Shown here: one piece after another, positions 25,741 to 40,283 of the stretch
Layout of the letters: every line of letters begins with the position of its first letter
How positions within the stretch are numbered: the stretch's first letter is position 1
Assembly: GCA_015680685.1 (NCBI GenBank)
Contig: MNCI01000270.1
Location: 875,321-939,320, forward strand
Direction of reading: 5' to 3'
Origin: Gnetum montanum
Taxonomy: Eukaryota; Plantae; Gnetophyta
Length of the DNA: 64,000 nt
Program-made: the position numbers and the translations under genes
Notes under the pieces: generated by a model
Databases searched by the model: none
Told to the model about the DNA's origin: nothing
What the model saw: only the letters and a program-made list of their open reading frames with translations

Positions 25741-27035
25741 TGAAACACCACCTAAAAAATGAATGTTGTAGTGTATAACATTCACCATTCAATTTGAGGT
25801 AATATGTTATTGTAAATGTCAGGTTCCTAGCCCATGAGCTAAATCTTACACACCTTAACTTTTTGGGGCTTCAAAATGCCTCATAAGTTGTTATTGCCTC
25901 ACTTCCCAAGTGAAAAAAGCAATGTCATGTCTATATTTGGGCTTGGAAAGGCTAAAAATGCCTTAGGGATTGCAAATTTGAAATTTTATGTGTTTTTGTG
26001 ATGGTGTAGCCTCAACTACGTTGGAACCACCTACACCTAGTGTTGGTGGTGTTGGGTTTTCATTTTCTAGAAATTCCCAATGTAGTTGCTATAAGATGCA
26101 ACATGGATGTTGTAAGGCTAACATTGAAGTTGTTGGGTTTTACATTTTCCCAACAATGGCCAGCATAGTCACAATAAAGTTTTAGTAGTCTTCACAAGGC
26201 CAGTGTAGTTGAGGTGAAGCTAGCATAGTCACAAAAGTCTATTTACTATTTTTAGTATGCAAATGGACTTTGATGGATTTGGTGTATCTAAAATTTCCAT
26301 AAATGGTTAACTATGCTATGATAATAGCTTGCTACACCTACAAGCAATGTTAATCTGTCAAAAATCATGGTAGAGGTTTTCAGCCCAAAATCAGCAACCT
26401 AAAACCTATAAAATCCAAATGTAAATACATTATTGAGGTTATGTAATTTTGAACAATTTCAAATGAACGTTTTTGCAACCCATAGCATTTTCTTATAACC
26501 TTAAGCATTTTTGAGCATAGGTTGGTATCTACATTGGGCACTTGAGACCCCAACATGATACAATGCATTAAGAGTGAAACACCACCTATAACTAAAGTTG
26601 TAGATTTGAATGGAAACTAGGAATAAGTTCTTAATGATCAAGGTTGGGAAGTACCTGGATTGTGGAGTTCAACTATAGAGAACAACCTACTAGCTCTAAC
26701 AAGCTTCAAGCTCTATCCAAACAAGCTTCTCGTGCATTTAATCACATAATATATACTTTTTTGAATTCTAAACTTTAAGTAGTTCTGCTATTTTAATAAA
26801 TTTTTCTAGTTTATTCATAGTGTAGATTTATTTCAAGTTTAATTAATATGTTTATTTTCATTACAATCTGTAATTCTATTCCCATTTCCATTTTCATTTA
26901 CATTTTCTAAGTCCCTAGGTAATCAACTAGACCATCTAGGGCACCTTGGATCCTATTTATTGGAGGCCCTTGTAATCCAAGGTTAGGCTTTTCCACCTTG
27001 GATTCTTCGTTCTTCTAGCAATCAAATTTTTTAGA
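25741..27035 (+). repeat. Element E 5' LTR (3' end and PBS eroded)
   Basis: Aligns throughout with 56760-~58055 and is followed by a PBS remnant TAGGAGGGCC. Confidence 0.88.
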
Positions 27036-28879
27036 AACTAGGAGGGCCTCTGCCTGAATTCTCAGTAAAAAAACCTATTCCAACATTTTCCAAAACCTTT
27101 TCCAACCTTTTCCAAATGCCAAGTCTTTCATATTTTGAAATTAAATACCTACAAACACTTAATAGTAAAACCAACATTGGTGTCCAAATTCCTACCCATA
27201 ATACCCAGTGTAGTTGTGATAGGTGATTTGGATTTTCGATGAAACATTTTCACAACAACTACTATTTTATTGGGCTAGTGTAGTTGATAGGAAAACATAC
27301 CTTTGTATGTTCCAAAGGCCAATGTAGTGCTCTTAAATTACTCAAACCCTCCCTATAGTGAAGTTTTCACACAAGGCTAACATTGGCATTTGAATTCCTA
27401 TGACTAATACCCAGCATGGTTATTGTGGATAGTTGGGTTTGTACAATATTTTCTTAGCAGTTGCTAGATTCCTTGAACCTGGTGTAGTCAACATTTAACC
27501 TACAACTTTTTCACATCAAAACTTGTATTTAGGATCTTCCCAAGGCCAATGTAGTCTTGGCAGGACATCCAAAACCTCTTGTTGTGAGAATCCAATAGGA
27601 ATCCAATGTAGACCCTTCCAAGACTTCAGCATAGCCCTTGGAGAACACAAAAATTTGTGTTTTATTTTTTCTCAAATTTTCAAAACCAACGTACTTCCTC
27701 TAAGGTTGAAAAATTTTTAGCTTGGTTTTATGAAGTGAAAACCCATTTCCACCACCCACCTTAGTGTAGTTGGCTAGGAAACATAGTGGTCTATTGCATA
27801 CCCTCTAACGTAGACACTACTAAAAAAACTAATGTAGTTGGTATTACCAACTTGAAAACCATAATACTATTTTCCCAAGTGTAGTAGTTTCAACCATTTT
27901 TTCCATTTATAACCAACTACATCATTGGGAAATCCCATTAACTAAAAGTTTTACTAAAAAAGGTAAAAAGTCAAAACAACATCTTGACAATGCCTTTTAA
28001 CAAGTCCATATTTTTGTTCATCGACATGACATACATGGCATCTAGTCAAGATGGGATAAGGATCTATGATCCAAAAGACCCCATTGTGGCTAAGTGCATA
28101 CAGTGACTTAGATAAAGGGGGCAAATTATAGACTTAGTTGTACTTAACAAAGAGCATTACAACTATATTTGCACTAAGATCTAAACTAGATTTCTCATTC
28201 CACATGCAAAGGCCGAAGCCAAGCATGATTATGAGTTGATTCACTACAATGGAAAAGTGTATATACCCTATTCCTATGACAAAATACTACTGAATAATGC
28301 TCATGCACACATACTCAATTAATTAAGATGGATGAATAGAGTGAGAAGCTTAGTTTGGAGGGCTAGAAAAAAGAACATGCTGAATTTGAGGCAGAGCCCA
28401 AACCATATAATTTCATAGAGATCCTATTCCAAGAATCAGTCCCTTAAACTATTATAGCCACTTTGGCCCTACCTATCTCTTCCATGGGACAAGCATCTCA
28501 ACCATCATTTGCCATATATCCCACAATGTTTGGGACTACACCAATTATAGCAATGCACTAGGCATAACTTGTGCCTCAAATATGCTTCTTGTTTTCTTCC
28601 ATACCTTTTACCATGTAGCCTTGGTCTACATAGCCCTCATTAGTGGTTCTCACCATCACTCATCCCTTCTTTACACTAGTGGACCCCACAACGAGACCAC
28701 AAGTCACCCAGGGGACACATACACTATTTGTCCCCTTTGTGCCTTAAGTGCCAACACAAATGTCATTTTCATTGTTTAGCTCACCCATGAACACTATAAC
28801 ATAGCCTCTCCATTCTATACTGCAACCCATAATGAGGCCAAAAGCCTCTCAATTAATACCTCAACCATTTGTACAAACA

Positions 28880-30173
28880 TCTTAACCCATGGGGATGTTC
28901 CAAGGATTGGATCAAGAATTCCAAATGATTCAATACTTGATGAAAGAGTTACGAAAGCTCAAAGCCTCTACAACATGGATTGTAAAGATAATAGATTTCT
29001 ATCAAGAAAATCCAATCAGTCCTATCATCCTACTAATAACTCTTCCACCAGGCATCACCATACCTTAATTTAGTAAGTACAATGATAAAGGTGACCCTCA
29101 TGTCCACCTTATAGCCTTCCATTTTGAGTTTTTGTTGCTACAAGCCTAGCCAAATATGATAATGTGGATTTTTTCCATGTTTCTTACCAAGAAAGCCTTG
29201 GATTGGTATCATGCGCTACCAAGAGGATCCATATCCTTTCTTGAAGAATTAATTTTACAATTTGTTAACCATTTCAAGAATAACTTTAAACCTGACATGA
29301 CTCTTGGCCAATTAATAAAGGTCAAGTAGGGACCCCTTGAACTAGTATAGAAGTTTATCCAATGATGGAAATGCTCTTCTAAAAAAGATTCCAGAACCAA
29401 TAGCCAAGACTCACCTTCTCACCATATTCAAGGGGATGGTTAATGACTTTATTAAGTCAAAACTTTACTATTTAGACCCACAATCACTTAGTCAAGCATT
29501 TTCTCAATGTAAGAACATAGAGGATTTTGTTGAGGCTAGTCTTTACCTAGCCTATGTGGCCTATAAAAATCAACACCCAAAGAGGGCTAATAATAAAACC
29601 AAGAAAGAACATACAATTGTGGCTATAGTAACAAAAGATAGGTTTTACCATTGTCATCAAATGGCTAGTCATGACATTGATTTTTTCCTAGCATTAAAAG
29701 ATAACATCTAGAATATGATAGATAGTGAAGAGTTTCTATTGAACGAGCTCAACTCTTCAATTACCAATAACAAATCTTACACTATAGCCTCATTCACAGA
29801 AATCAAAAAGTCTTAATCCTCCTAGGAAATCATTTGTCATTAGAGTACCACCTTGGTCCTAAAACACACAGCCTAGAGAGCCCTTCATCATAGAGATACC
29901 ACCTTCTCTAGCCCCTAAGAAGCCTTTCATCATACATGTCCCATCTTCAATGGCATCAATTTCACAACCCAGATGACAAGTTACCAACCCTCCAAATCCT
30001 AGTAAACCATTTATTATCTAGGTCCATCCATCTTTAGCAAGTAAAACCATGACAACCTATGATCAAAACCCACATATACTAGCCCATTACTTGGAGGTTA
30101 GCAAGAAACATTCATCACAATGATGATGAAAATGACCTATTGCCAAACCAACAACCAAGCTCACTAAAGGTGG
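28880..30173 (+). pseudogene. Element E gag (degenerate), interrupted by D
   Basis: KYNDKGDPHVHL...KALDWYHALPRGSI...FVNHF; VNDFIKSKLYYL; HQMASHDIDFFLALKD. Paralogous to D gag. Confidence 0.85.
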
Positions 30174-32027
30174 TGAAACACCATAAAATTTTAGGACCCT
30201 CATGCCTTGATAGGGTCTTGGAATTCAAGTAAGGACTTCCACAAGTGCATCATCATGATAGTTCAGTAAGAAAATGTAGGCACTGAGGTTGGACTATCTA
30301 GTCTAGCAAGTTTTATATCTCTAGAGCTGATAGGCCTGATGGACTCTCCGGCTTGCCCACCTAGATAGTTGACTTGGCTAACAGTCTACTCAAAAACTAT
30401 GCTAGGAGTTGCTGAAAGTGTTTGGGATGTGCAAAACAGTTCGACAAGTTTTTTAGTGAAGAAGTCTGCTACACTATGTAGCGTAGCAAGCCTTGAAAGA
30501 TAGTTGCTCAAGCATCCAAGTGTGAATTGACAAAATGATTGCAAAAGAAGTCAAGATTCAGTTAACGCAAGGTGCTATGCTATGCTATGCTATGTAGTGT
30601 AGGACAATGTAGCAAAGGTAAAGTAGAAAGGCCCATCTTGCCAAGTGATTCCAACAAGAAAGTTGCACTCGGAAACACTTCGGCCTCCAAAACCAGTTGC
30701 CCCACTTACCCCTAGGCCTCGAGAAAAGTTTCTTGCTATAAAATGGCAGATTGAATGAAGAAGCAGGATACATTGGCTGCTACGTAGTGCTACGCTACAT
30801 AGCGTAGCAACAATGCAAAAGTAGCAAAAGTGTTTCAAACGTAAGTTCAACGAGTTCAAAGGGTTCTTGACATAAAGGACAAAAGTTGTAGTTGTTAGCA
30901 TGACTAAGCCTTAGATAAATGCTTTCAGCTCCAACATAAGTTTTAGTCAAGCTAGTGGCTACACTATTCTATGCTACATAGCATAGCACAATGTAGCAAG
31001 TAGTCACTTACACTACGCCAATGTACTCGACAGCGTGAGTAATGAAACACTGGTATGGAAGCATTGAGATGTCTTCAGGTAACTCTAGAACTTGTTGACA
31101 GTGATCTTCCTCACTCTGGCATCTCTGTGGCAAAATCAACAATTTCAATCCATCTTACACACCCCCTAGTCAGCTTCCAAAACATTGTTCCTATGCTTGA
31201 CCTTGCTCGTAAGAGCAGGAAAGACATAGTCTTGGAGCATAGGCTCCATTTCTCTTGCATTGTGAGCACACTGGATCTTGGCACATGTAGTTCCGTCGGT
31301 ATGGTGACAGTGTAATCAAGTTCACATCTAGCTTTGCATACCTATATGGTATGGGCATGTTAGCATTTTTTGCCGTCCAGGACACTTGGCATCCAGGCCC
31401 CATTTCTCACCTACTCCTAGCCCTATAAATACCCTGGCAAACAACAGTCAAAGGGTTGGCTTTTTCGCTCAAAGAGTTGGCATGTTTACATTGACAAGAG
31501 CAGTTGGCTTGTTGGATTTTTTCATTGGATGGTTGGCTTCTTGATTGGCTCCTTGGAAAATAGAGTTGGCTTTTTTTGCTATAATTGGCTTTTAAGTTGG
31601 CTTTCAGAAGGCATAGTTGGCATTTTTCTTGAGCATTCTAGTTACCTTTGAGTTCTCTGTGTGTCTCCAGCATTGCATAACCTGTTGTACACCTTTCAAA
31701 CAAGGCAAAGAATTGAATCTGTGACCTTGGGGCAGTGCATTTTCTCACTCGAGTTTGTTTTGCTATTTATTTACTATTATCATTATTTTGCACTATTTTC
31801 TCCACTTTGCATTTATTGATCATCGATTTACCTCATGTGTATTGCCTTCAAAACAAAATTTACATAAGGTTAAGATACACTGATTAAGTCCCTGTCTGAT
31901 TGACCAAACCTTTCAGGGTGCCCTGCTTTCATTTTTTCTCCAGCATGGTCCTCGCATGGATCTAAGGTTAAACTATTTACCCAAAAATCTCTCAATGTTC
32001 TAGCCACTGATGTTTTTGATCGCTATA
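30174..32027 (+). repeat. Element D 5' LTR (1854 bp)
   Basis: Direct repeat of 47284-49135, about 85% identical over the first ~230 bp by hand count, mostly transitions. TATA box CTATAAATA near 31423. Terminal CA mutated to TA. Confidence 0.95.
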
Positions 32028-32032
32028 GTTTT

Positions 32033-32048
32033 TGGTGCTAGAAGGAGG
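32033..32048 (+). promoter_or_regulatory. Primer-binding site of element D
   Basis: TGGTGCTAGAAGGAGG, 5 nt after the LTR end. The same motif recurs at 62460. Confidence 0.85.
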
Positions 32049-32366
32049 ACTTTTTTATGCCTTTTCCATGTTTTACGGTTAGTCGTGCATTCTCTCTGTA
32101 CCCTGTCACGCATTGGTGTAAATGTGACACCCTTTTTTGGTTGTTTATGCATTGTTTGGTGCATATTGGTCACGACAACGGTTCCTTTGGAATCTGGTAG
32201 GATGAAAAGCCTCTGATCTCCTCTTGATTTCCATGCTTTCTAGTTTGTGATTTCCCCTTTTTCATGACACAAGATGATTCTGACAATAACCTTTGTTTCC
32301 ACCTCAAGCCTTGAGGCTCCTTTCTCAGCCCAAAGAACCATGGGTGTTAAGTAGCCACCTAGCCTT

Positions 32367-35300
32367 GTGTTGGCCCAACGCCAGTCCCGTAGGATTCAAC
32401 ATTTTTCACCTGAGTTCTTGGCACAAGGTGCAGAGCATTACAACTTTATCTATGTAAAGATCAAGGAAAATATACCCCTGGATCGCCAAGAACTTGAGCA
32501 CAAATGCAATTTTGAGTTCCTTCATCAAGATGGGAGGGAGTTTGTTCCTAATCCCAAAGTTTCCATCCCCCTGATAGAGACGTATCAGTGGATCCTAGAT
32601 CAGCTGCTGCGAGTTAGTAATCCTAGGGAGTGGGATACGGAATCCCATTACGATGAAGCGTTTCAAGATGGATAGGAAGACCTAGACTCCCAGTCTAAGG
32701 GGGGTGGTCAAACTTACCCTATGACCATCCCTCCCACCATGGTCTTTAGGTCAAACCCCCTTTTTGTGACGGCTCCCTTTGTGATCACCACAAATCTACC
32801 TCAATCTATGCTTTCATCAGCCATGAGCAGCCATCCTACACCCTCAGCGTATCAGCAGGCACCTTCCTCAGTCTCATACCTAGGCATTCTCCCTCCTCAT
32901 TCTATCCCGTCCTTGTACCAAGTGCCGGTTACACCCACGTTGCCCTGCATACACACTGCATCTACTTCACAGTTTCCTGGAGTCTCTACTCCTATCTAAT
33001 CATTTGCATTTGTTCCATCATAAACCATAGGTCTAGCCCCAACCATGTGGTGGACCCCAACCACTTTGCTCCCCACCTCTCAGCCCCACCAGATCTCACA
33101 TTACCCTTACCACCAAGCATACCAAGTCCTGTAGGATTCACTATCAAGCATGAGACTGTGGACCATTCCATCAATTATGCAAATGACTAACCTTGCACAC
33201 CACCAGTGGCCACCACTCCAGTAGCACCAACCATTGGGTGGTGGACCTCACAAGTAACACCCTTTGCAAGGGCAATCCCAATGGACCCCCCCCCCCTATG
33301 AGTCAGGTCACTACCATTACTTCACCACAAATGATGGTTGTCCTCGCAACCCCACAATCATTTGCATCATCCCCAGGTCTGGATCAAGTGTTTCAACTTA
33401 TCCAGATCCTCACTAAAGAGGTTAAATGCCTTAAAGTTGTTGGTTTTGACAAGGTGTAGGTCATGGATTTCTACCATGACAACCCCATCAGCTCGACAGT
33501 TCCCATGCTTAAATTAACCCCTGGGATGCCACAAAATACAATGGGGAGGATGACCCTCACACACATTTAGTTACATTTAGGTCTGAGTCTCTATTGTTGC
33601 AACAATGACCACATATGATTATTCATGTCTTTGCTATGTCTCTGATAGGCAAAGCTTTAGACTCGTATCGCGCGCTCCCATGTGCCTCCATCTCAACACT
33701 GGAGGAGCTATTGACCTAGTTCGTGACCCACTTCAAGTATAACTTGAAGCCTAAAATCATGCTAGATTAGTTGATGGGAGTTAAACAAGATCCATTGGAG
33801 TTGGTGCAAAGGTTTGTACAGCGGTGGAGTGCTACCCTGAATGAGATCCATGAGCCTATCGTGGAGGCCCATTTGTTGGCCATCTTCAAGGGGGCAGTAA
33901 ATGATTTCATCAAATCCAAGTTGTATTACCTAGCCCCATGCTCCCTCAGTCAAGCTTTTGTACAGAAAAAAGCATCCAAGACATGGCTAAAGCCAGCAAG
34001 AACCTGGCCTATGTTGCATATAAAAATGCATACACTAAAAAAGATAAATAGAAAGGCAAAGCCGCAATAGCCACTGTGGCCGCCGTGGCAAACGAGGCCA
34101 AGTCCAAGAACAACAATAAAAAGAAAGTGGCCACAACACCAACTAACCCTGCATCTAGCCCAAGTAATGCTTCCCAACCCTCCATGTGAGCACCAGAGGC
34201 ACCCACCCTGCCTAAAACCAACTTCGAGCATAAAGATCACTCCAAGTATACCCCGCTACCTGTCAGTCCTTTAGAACTTCTGAAGTAATTGCTAGGGGTG
34301 GGGTACATTCAACATAAGTGGATATCAGAGGAGGCAAGCAAACGACATCAACAGTATTATGAACTCCTTAGGAACCCATCCTTAGCTATGCCCAATGAGC
34401 ATCCAGTTCCTAAGAATTTCAGGCTGGAGCGATTTTATGACTACCATCAACTTTGTGGTCATGACACAGATTACTTTCTAGCCTTAAAAGATGAAATTTA
34501 ACAGATGATTGATTAGGCAAAGTTGGTTCTAAATGAAAGTAACCCTATCTACCCTAAACATCAATCCATGCATGTTTACAAGGACCCCCTCAATGCTAAT
34601 GATGTGGGGTACATTATCAACATGATTGGTGTAGACGGTAATCCGAAATTGTCACAACAGCTGTTTGTGATTTGTGTACCTCAACATAGCATAGAGACAC
34701 CAACAATGGCAATAAAGACACCATAGAAACCATTCATTCTTAAGGTTCCTCCTCAAACATCTGCCCCTGCACCCTTTGTAGTCAAAACTACATCACCACC
34801 TACACTAACACCACAAACACCATTCATCATGTGGGGGCCAAAACAGTCAACTGCCCCCATCCCAGAAAACCAACATAAGATGGCATCACAACCTTCTCAT
34901 TCAAGGAAATGGGAAGAGTTTCTAATAGGTGAAAAAGGTGAAACGTATCATCCCAAGTCCTTCCAAGCCTACTCCTTCATCCTCTACATCTACGCCTACA
35001 TCATCATCAAAACTTAACACCACTACGTATGCACGATCATCGCCACCTTGCCAAAAAGGATCTAGCCCCAAACCCGAAACTGCTCCTCCTCAGGAAATTC
35101 ATCTTCTAGGAAGAATGGAGGAAGAGAAGGGTGGTAAACGAAAGGAAGGTGGATAGGACCTCCTAAACACTCTTACTTAGGTAAAATAGGCTCTAAAACA
35201 AAAGAACACAACCTTGAGCCTATACGACCTAGTAATGACTTCCACCGCACATCGTGAGGCTTTGGTTCACATGTTAACATCCATACCAGTTGACAAAAAC

Positions 35301-36070
35301 ATGTCGGTAGAAGAGAAAGCAATCCATTCATTCATTCTTCCTTCTATGCTTGAAGAACTGTAGCCATCCCAATTGACATTCCATGATGAGTCCATTAAGG
35401 AAGACCCTGAAAAGGGTCAGGCAATGACAACACCCTGTTCATCACAATTTAGGTTAGTCAACACAAGATCCAAAGAGTACACATTGATGATGGGGCCACT
35501 ACAAATGTCATCCCATTTCCCATAGTGGACAAACTGGGTTTGGTGGACCAAATCAAACCTACAACAACATCATGTTTGAAGTCATTCAATGGGGCATGGG
35601 TAGTGGTGAAAGGAACTATCCACATTAACTTTGTGGCAAGGGACCAGTTCCCCACAAGTGCAATGTTTATCATGGTGGAAGAGATGCCTAAGTTTAACTT
35701 GATCTTGAGGAGGTCATGGTTAACTCAACTCAAGGCCATCTCTTCACCCATACATCAGGAGATCCATCTACCTTACACGAATAGGAAGGTGGTGATCCAT
35801 GGTGACGAAGTGGTAACCCAGGAAATAAATGACATAGATATGGAGCAAGGTTCAGAGGTCATAACCTCTGATAACAAAGTACCTATTTCCACCAAAGCTA
35901 ATTGTTTGATAAAAGAGCCATCCCAAGATGCTGGCTCAAAAAATGAAACTACGTGGGCCAAGTTGCCTTTTCAAGTGGAAGACAACGACATAGAAGAATA
36001 CGGCAACAAAGCCTCTCGACCTTACGCATCGCCAAGACCACGATGGGTTGAAAGAAGTTGCGAGGATGAT
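32367..36070 (+). pseudogene. Element D gag-protease (degenerate)
   Basis: KYNGEDDPHTHL...ALDSYRALP; YHQLCGHDTDYFLALKD (Zn-knuckle-like); VHIDDGATTNVIPF...FNLILRRSWL (protease). Confidence 0.9.
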
Positions 36071-37969
36071 CGTTACTTATGTAGTGTAACAACTCCATTG
36101 TTCCTTACCCAATTAACACTCATTATGCATTTATTTCATCTTTATTTCACATTCACTCATCTATGCTAAGTGTCTAACTCATTCTTTAAACCATTCACAT
36201 CACATGCATTATAGAAAAAAGCACCATGGCCTACTAAGGCCTAAAACTAGAAAAATTTTGCCTTATCATCATCCAATAGCCCGAAATGGCTCAAAAATAC
36301 CAATGGCTCAAAATGGCCTAAAACTAAAATAAGACACTCCTAATGAATTCAATTCATAAATAAAAAAGACAATAAAATAAAATAAAAATAGATACAACAC
36401 ATAACACATAGGAAAAATCAATCTCTTCATATTTCATTTTTTCTTTCACAAATTAATAATGTTTGTAACATTCTCTGAATTCAAATAAAATAGTTGGCTA
36501 CTATGCTACAACACTTCGCCTAATCCATTGTTCCCTACTTCATTAGGCCCTGTGTTTTCATTTGGATTTTGCACCACAAGAAAAATGAACTAGTCAGCTA
36601 AAGCTACAATAAAGACTTAGATAAAATAAATTATCACTACTGCAAAAGGTAACTGACCCGAGATGGTCCCATGTCTATTTCGGGAGGTATCCGATCTAGG
36701 CCTGCTACCAGGTGTCGTAAGATCTCCTCTTTTGTGATATCAGCCCAATTCCTATTGCCCAGGTTAGCAGTTGCAACAACTTTCTCCTTCTCTATGGATG
36801 TTGATCTTGGTGGTCTTGGAGAAAAGGTGGCAATGGTGGTCTCACCCATAGGAAAGGTCACTTCCCTTTCGGGAGACTCACTCACTATCACTTGTTGCAT
36901 GAACATGTTGTAAGCCCCAGAAGTGCCAATAATATCAAGGAATACCTTGTGAGTATGTAACTTGACTGAGGCATCCCTATATTAGTTACGGTAGGTGGAA
37001 CGTTGTAGCTTATACATATGTTTATGATTTTTCTATGCCTACTCCTACTCGTAAACCTTGGCACTATAATCTTTCTAGTCTTGGTTCTTCTGGGCTAATA
37101 GGTCCATTTGTATGTGTTTCTCTATTATCTCATGGGTGGTCTCATTGTTGCATCGCATAGCTATCTAGTACCTTGCATAGTCAATGGCAGCCGTGCGCCA
37201 AGGACCATCATTGGTGTCTCGAGCCAACAGGAATTCATTCATGGAACGGATATCTCCTACCTCAGCAGTCAAGTTGGACTTCTCCTTCTCAAGCCTCTAG
37301 ACCCATTTCCAGAGGTCTTCATTCATGTGCCTACATTCCCACAAGGAGAGTGCCGAGTACAAGGCACATTGGCTTGCCTTGTCATATACATGACAAGGTA
37401 CTTCAATCACCTCCGACAGAAATGCAAGCACAACGTTGATCTCAACCACTCATTAGGGGCCCCACTTGAGATGAGAGGCTACCAACCACACATAAAAAAT
37501 GCATTAGTCATAGAGGCATGGTGAATGCAACAATAATTTATAGTGTAGCGTAGCACTTTAACCTACCCACTTTTGGGTTGACCTATCTCAAATAGTCGAT
37601 CATGTCATTGAGCACCCCTTCGAAGAAAGTAAATTTATCAAGGGTTTTGGTCCATGGTTGCAGGTGGATCGAGGATGGGCCAGAGGTGTCAACAGCAGTA
37701 TCAACTGCATGGTAGAACATGTTAGCTAAAGTGGAGAGAACCATAATAGGGCTAATGAATACCACAAATGACAATGTAAATCTCCTACCCAGCAAACCCT
37801 TAGGGGTGATAGCGGGGGATCACCCATCAGGACATTGTCAGATATGTGGTCAAACTCACTAGCATCCAAATGGAGCTCCTCTCCTTCCAGCTAACCCAAC
37901 AACACAGTAGCATCTTCGATGTCCATGTTTCCCTCAGCACTGAGATGCTCTCTGAAAAAAGGTCATTAG

Positions 37970-38150
37970 CAGAGGCCTCATCCTGGTTGCCAGGAGCCTC
38001 TTTTTCATTGGTTGGGCCCCTTTCTTCATTGACAAGGGCCTCCTCCTCATTGGTGGAGACCTCCTCTTCACCAACGAAGGTCCTTTCTTCTATAGCAGGG
38101 GCCCCTTCTTCATTGGTAGGGCCCCTATCCTCTGTAGCCAGAGCCTCCTT
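37970..38150 (-). repeat. ~21-bp coding minisatellite encoding an acidic 7-aa repeat (e.g. PTNEEGA)
   Basis: Recurrent GCCYCYTCYTCATTG units in ORF 37827-38219. Confidence 0.75.
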
Positions 38151-40231
38151 ATTTTCGTCGATCACTCGAGTTGTAGGGGCCACCACCTCTTCTCCCTCTT
38201 CTTCTTCTTCTTCCTCCATTGATAAAGCATAGTTGTAGTAAGTAAACTATACTAACCTGAAGTAGGTGCTACGTTGTGCTATGCTACCTAGCATAACACA
38301 ACGTAGCAAACATTAGTCAAAAAACAAATAAAAAATAAAAAAAAGTGAATACTTACCAATTGGAGGCTGCACTCTATGAAGTTTGAATTGCAGCTTCCTC
38401 TCCCTCTCTTCATTAGTATGGGGGGTCTTGTCGGTAGGGAAGGACCTCTTGCATTGTAGCTTGGTCATCACCATCTCTACAATGAGGCATTCCCCCCTTG
38501 TCACACTACCAGTGGTAATGGGGGATGCCTCTTTCATGCTGTCTTTGGCCTGAAAGTTGTGTGCCACTTGATCTCTAGTCATCATCGAAAATGACTCCCC
38601 AATAGCTTCTAGGGGATCCTGAGATCAAGTGGTACGGAAGACTTGGTAGATCCATGGTTGGAAATCTAGCTACGATCTTGCAGTACCTAGACCCCATTCT
38701 CATGGACTACCAAGAATTCTATAAAACATTGTAGGTAGGTTATGAAAAAGACATGGTGCACGTTGAAATGGGACTCAAGCTTTCCACGAAGTTTAACCAT
38801 TTCAGCTTGCATGCCTCTACAAAGGTGTTTGGACCAATTCTAATGGCTTCCTTCTTCCATAACATCCCTCATTATTGAAGCTTACTCAATCCCAATGATT
38901 TTTCCTTAGGATAGCAGCTTGGGAAAGGCATGGGCACGAAAGATAGGGTAAACTATTTTGGCCACCCATAGCTTGAATTTCTCAATATAAATCCCCTTTT
39001 GGTCCTTTGTAGCCATTAGCCACTCCTCGATGTCCTCCTGATTGTGTGCATCTTTCTTGGATTTTTCTCCCATGGGGAGACCATCAGAAGGAACATCGAA
39101 AAGATCTACAAATAATTGATTGTTGACATCAAACACCACGTGCATGCTTTGAACACGTGTATGGAAGCGGTCTACCTTTTTAGAGAAGGAGTCAGCTAGG
39201 GAAAGCATCTCAGTAGGTAGGATTCTTGGGTTAATAGCCCAAAAAAGTCCATAAGCCCAGCCTCCTAAAGGTTATGGACTAGCATGGTTGGGGCCCCATT
39301 GCAGAGCTAGCACTAGGTCTCCTCCACCTCCCCATACTTAAAAAAGAGGTTGGTTTTGTTATGCCCGGAGGCAATCATAGTCACCTCCTGGGATTTCTTC
39401 GCTATTAAAATGATTTGCAAAAAAAAAAACAAAAGAAGAGAGAGGGTTAGCAAAACATAAACATCACTCAAACATTTAACAATGAATTCATGCTTTAGCG
39501 TACCAGGTTTAAACAGTGTGGGAAATGGTGGGAGATCCACCAAAACATCTTCGATGGTGAGTGGCCTGAGGGATGCCCATTCTCTATCCAACTAAATGGC
39601 TTCTTTACACTTCCCATAAAATTGGGAATACCAGGTTAGATAGGTTCTGAATTCACCTCCAAATTGGCCTATCACGTTGGTGCACACATTCCCAATGGAG
39701 GAAAACTCCCCCAGGGCCATCTATGCTAAAGCTAAGGTGTCTATGTCACTGTGGAGACCACTCCTATCAATAAAAAACCTGGTAACACAAAAAAATGGAC
39801 ATATACACTATTAATACCTGTGTCTAGCATAGCATGGATTACACAACAAAATACATTCATAGAATTCACTCGCCAGCATAGTAAATGGTTCCAGGTGGAT
39901 TCTAAAAGTAGGTGCCCACGTGGTAGGAAACAAAAAAAGTGTTGTATAAGTGGTAGCACTTATACTTAGGCATTTCCCAAATCCAACTTAAGCATCTTAG
40001 GATTTTCGGATGCTGGTTGGAACCTTTTGTCTACTTGCCCCCGATTGACCCATTAGTCAAAAATTTTAGAATACCACAGTTTTCCCTGGGCAACAGGGTT
40101 TCTGTGATTGCATTTGTTTGTCTCCGCCAATAAGTGTGACCCAACGATCACACTAAAATGCTAGAGGAGGAATTGTAGGAAGTGCTATGCACCCTCCCAG
40201 AACCAGACCGCCTACCACTCCACATGTGCAT

Positions 40232-40282
<51 letters not shown>
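40232..40282 (+). repeat. Poly-G run (51 nt)
   Basis: Seen directly. Confidence 0.95.

Positions 40283-40283
<1 letters not shown>

Noticed and set aside
28110-28135. PPT-like AAAGGGGGCAAA suggesting another LTR start inside E
   Set aside because: No TG start, partner LTR or TSD found.
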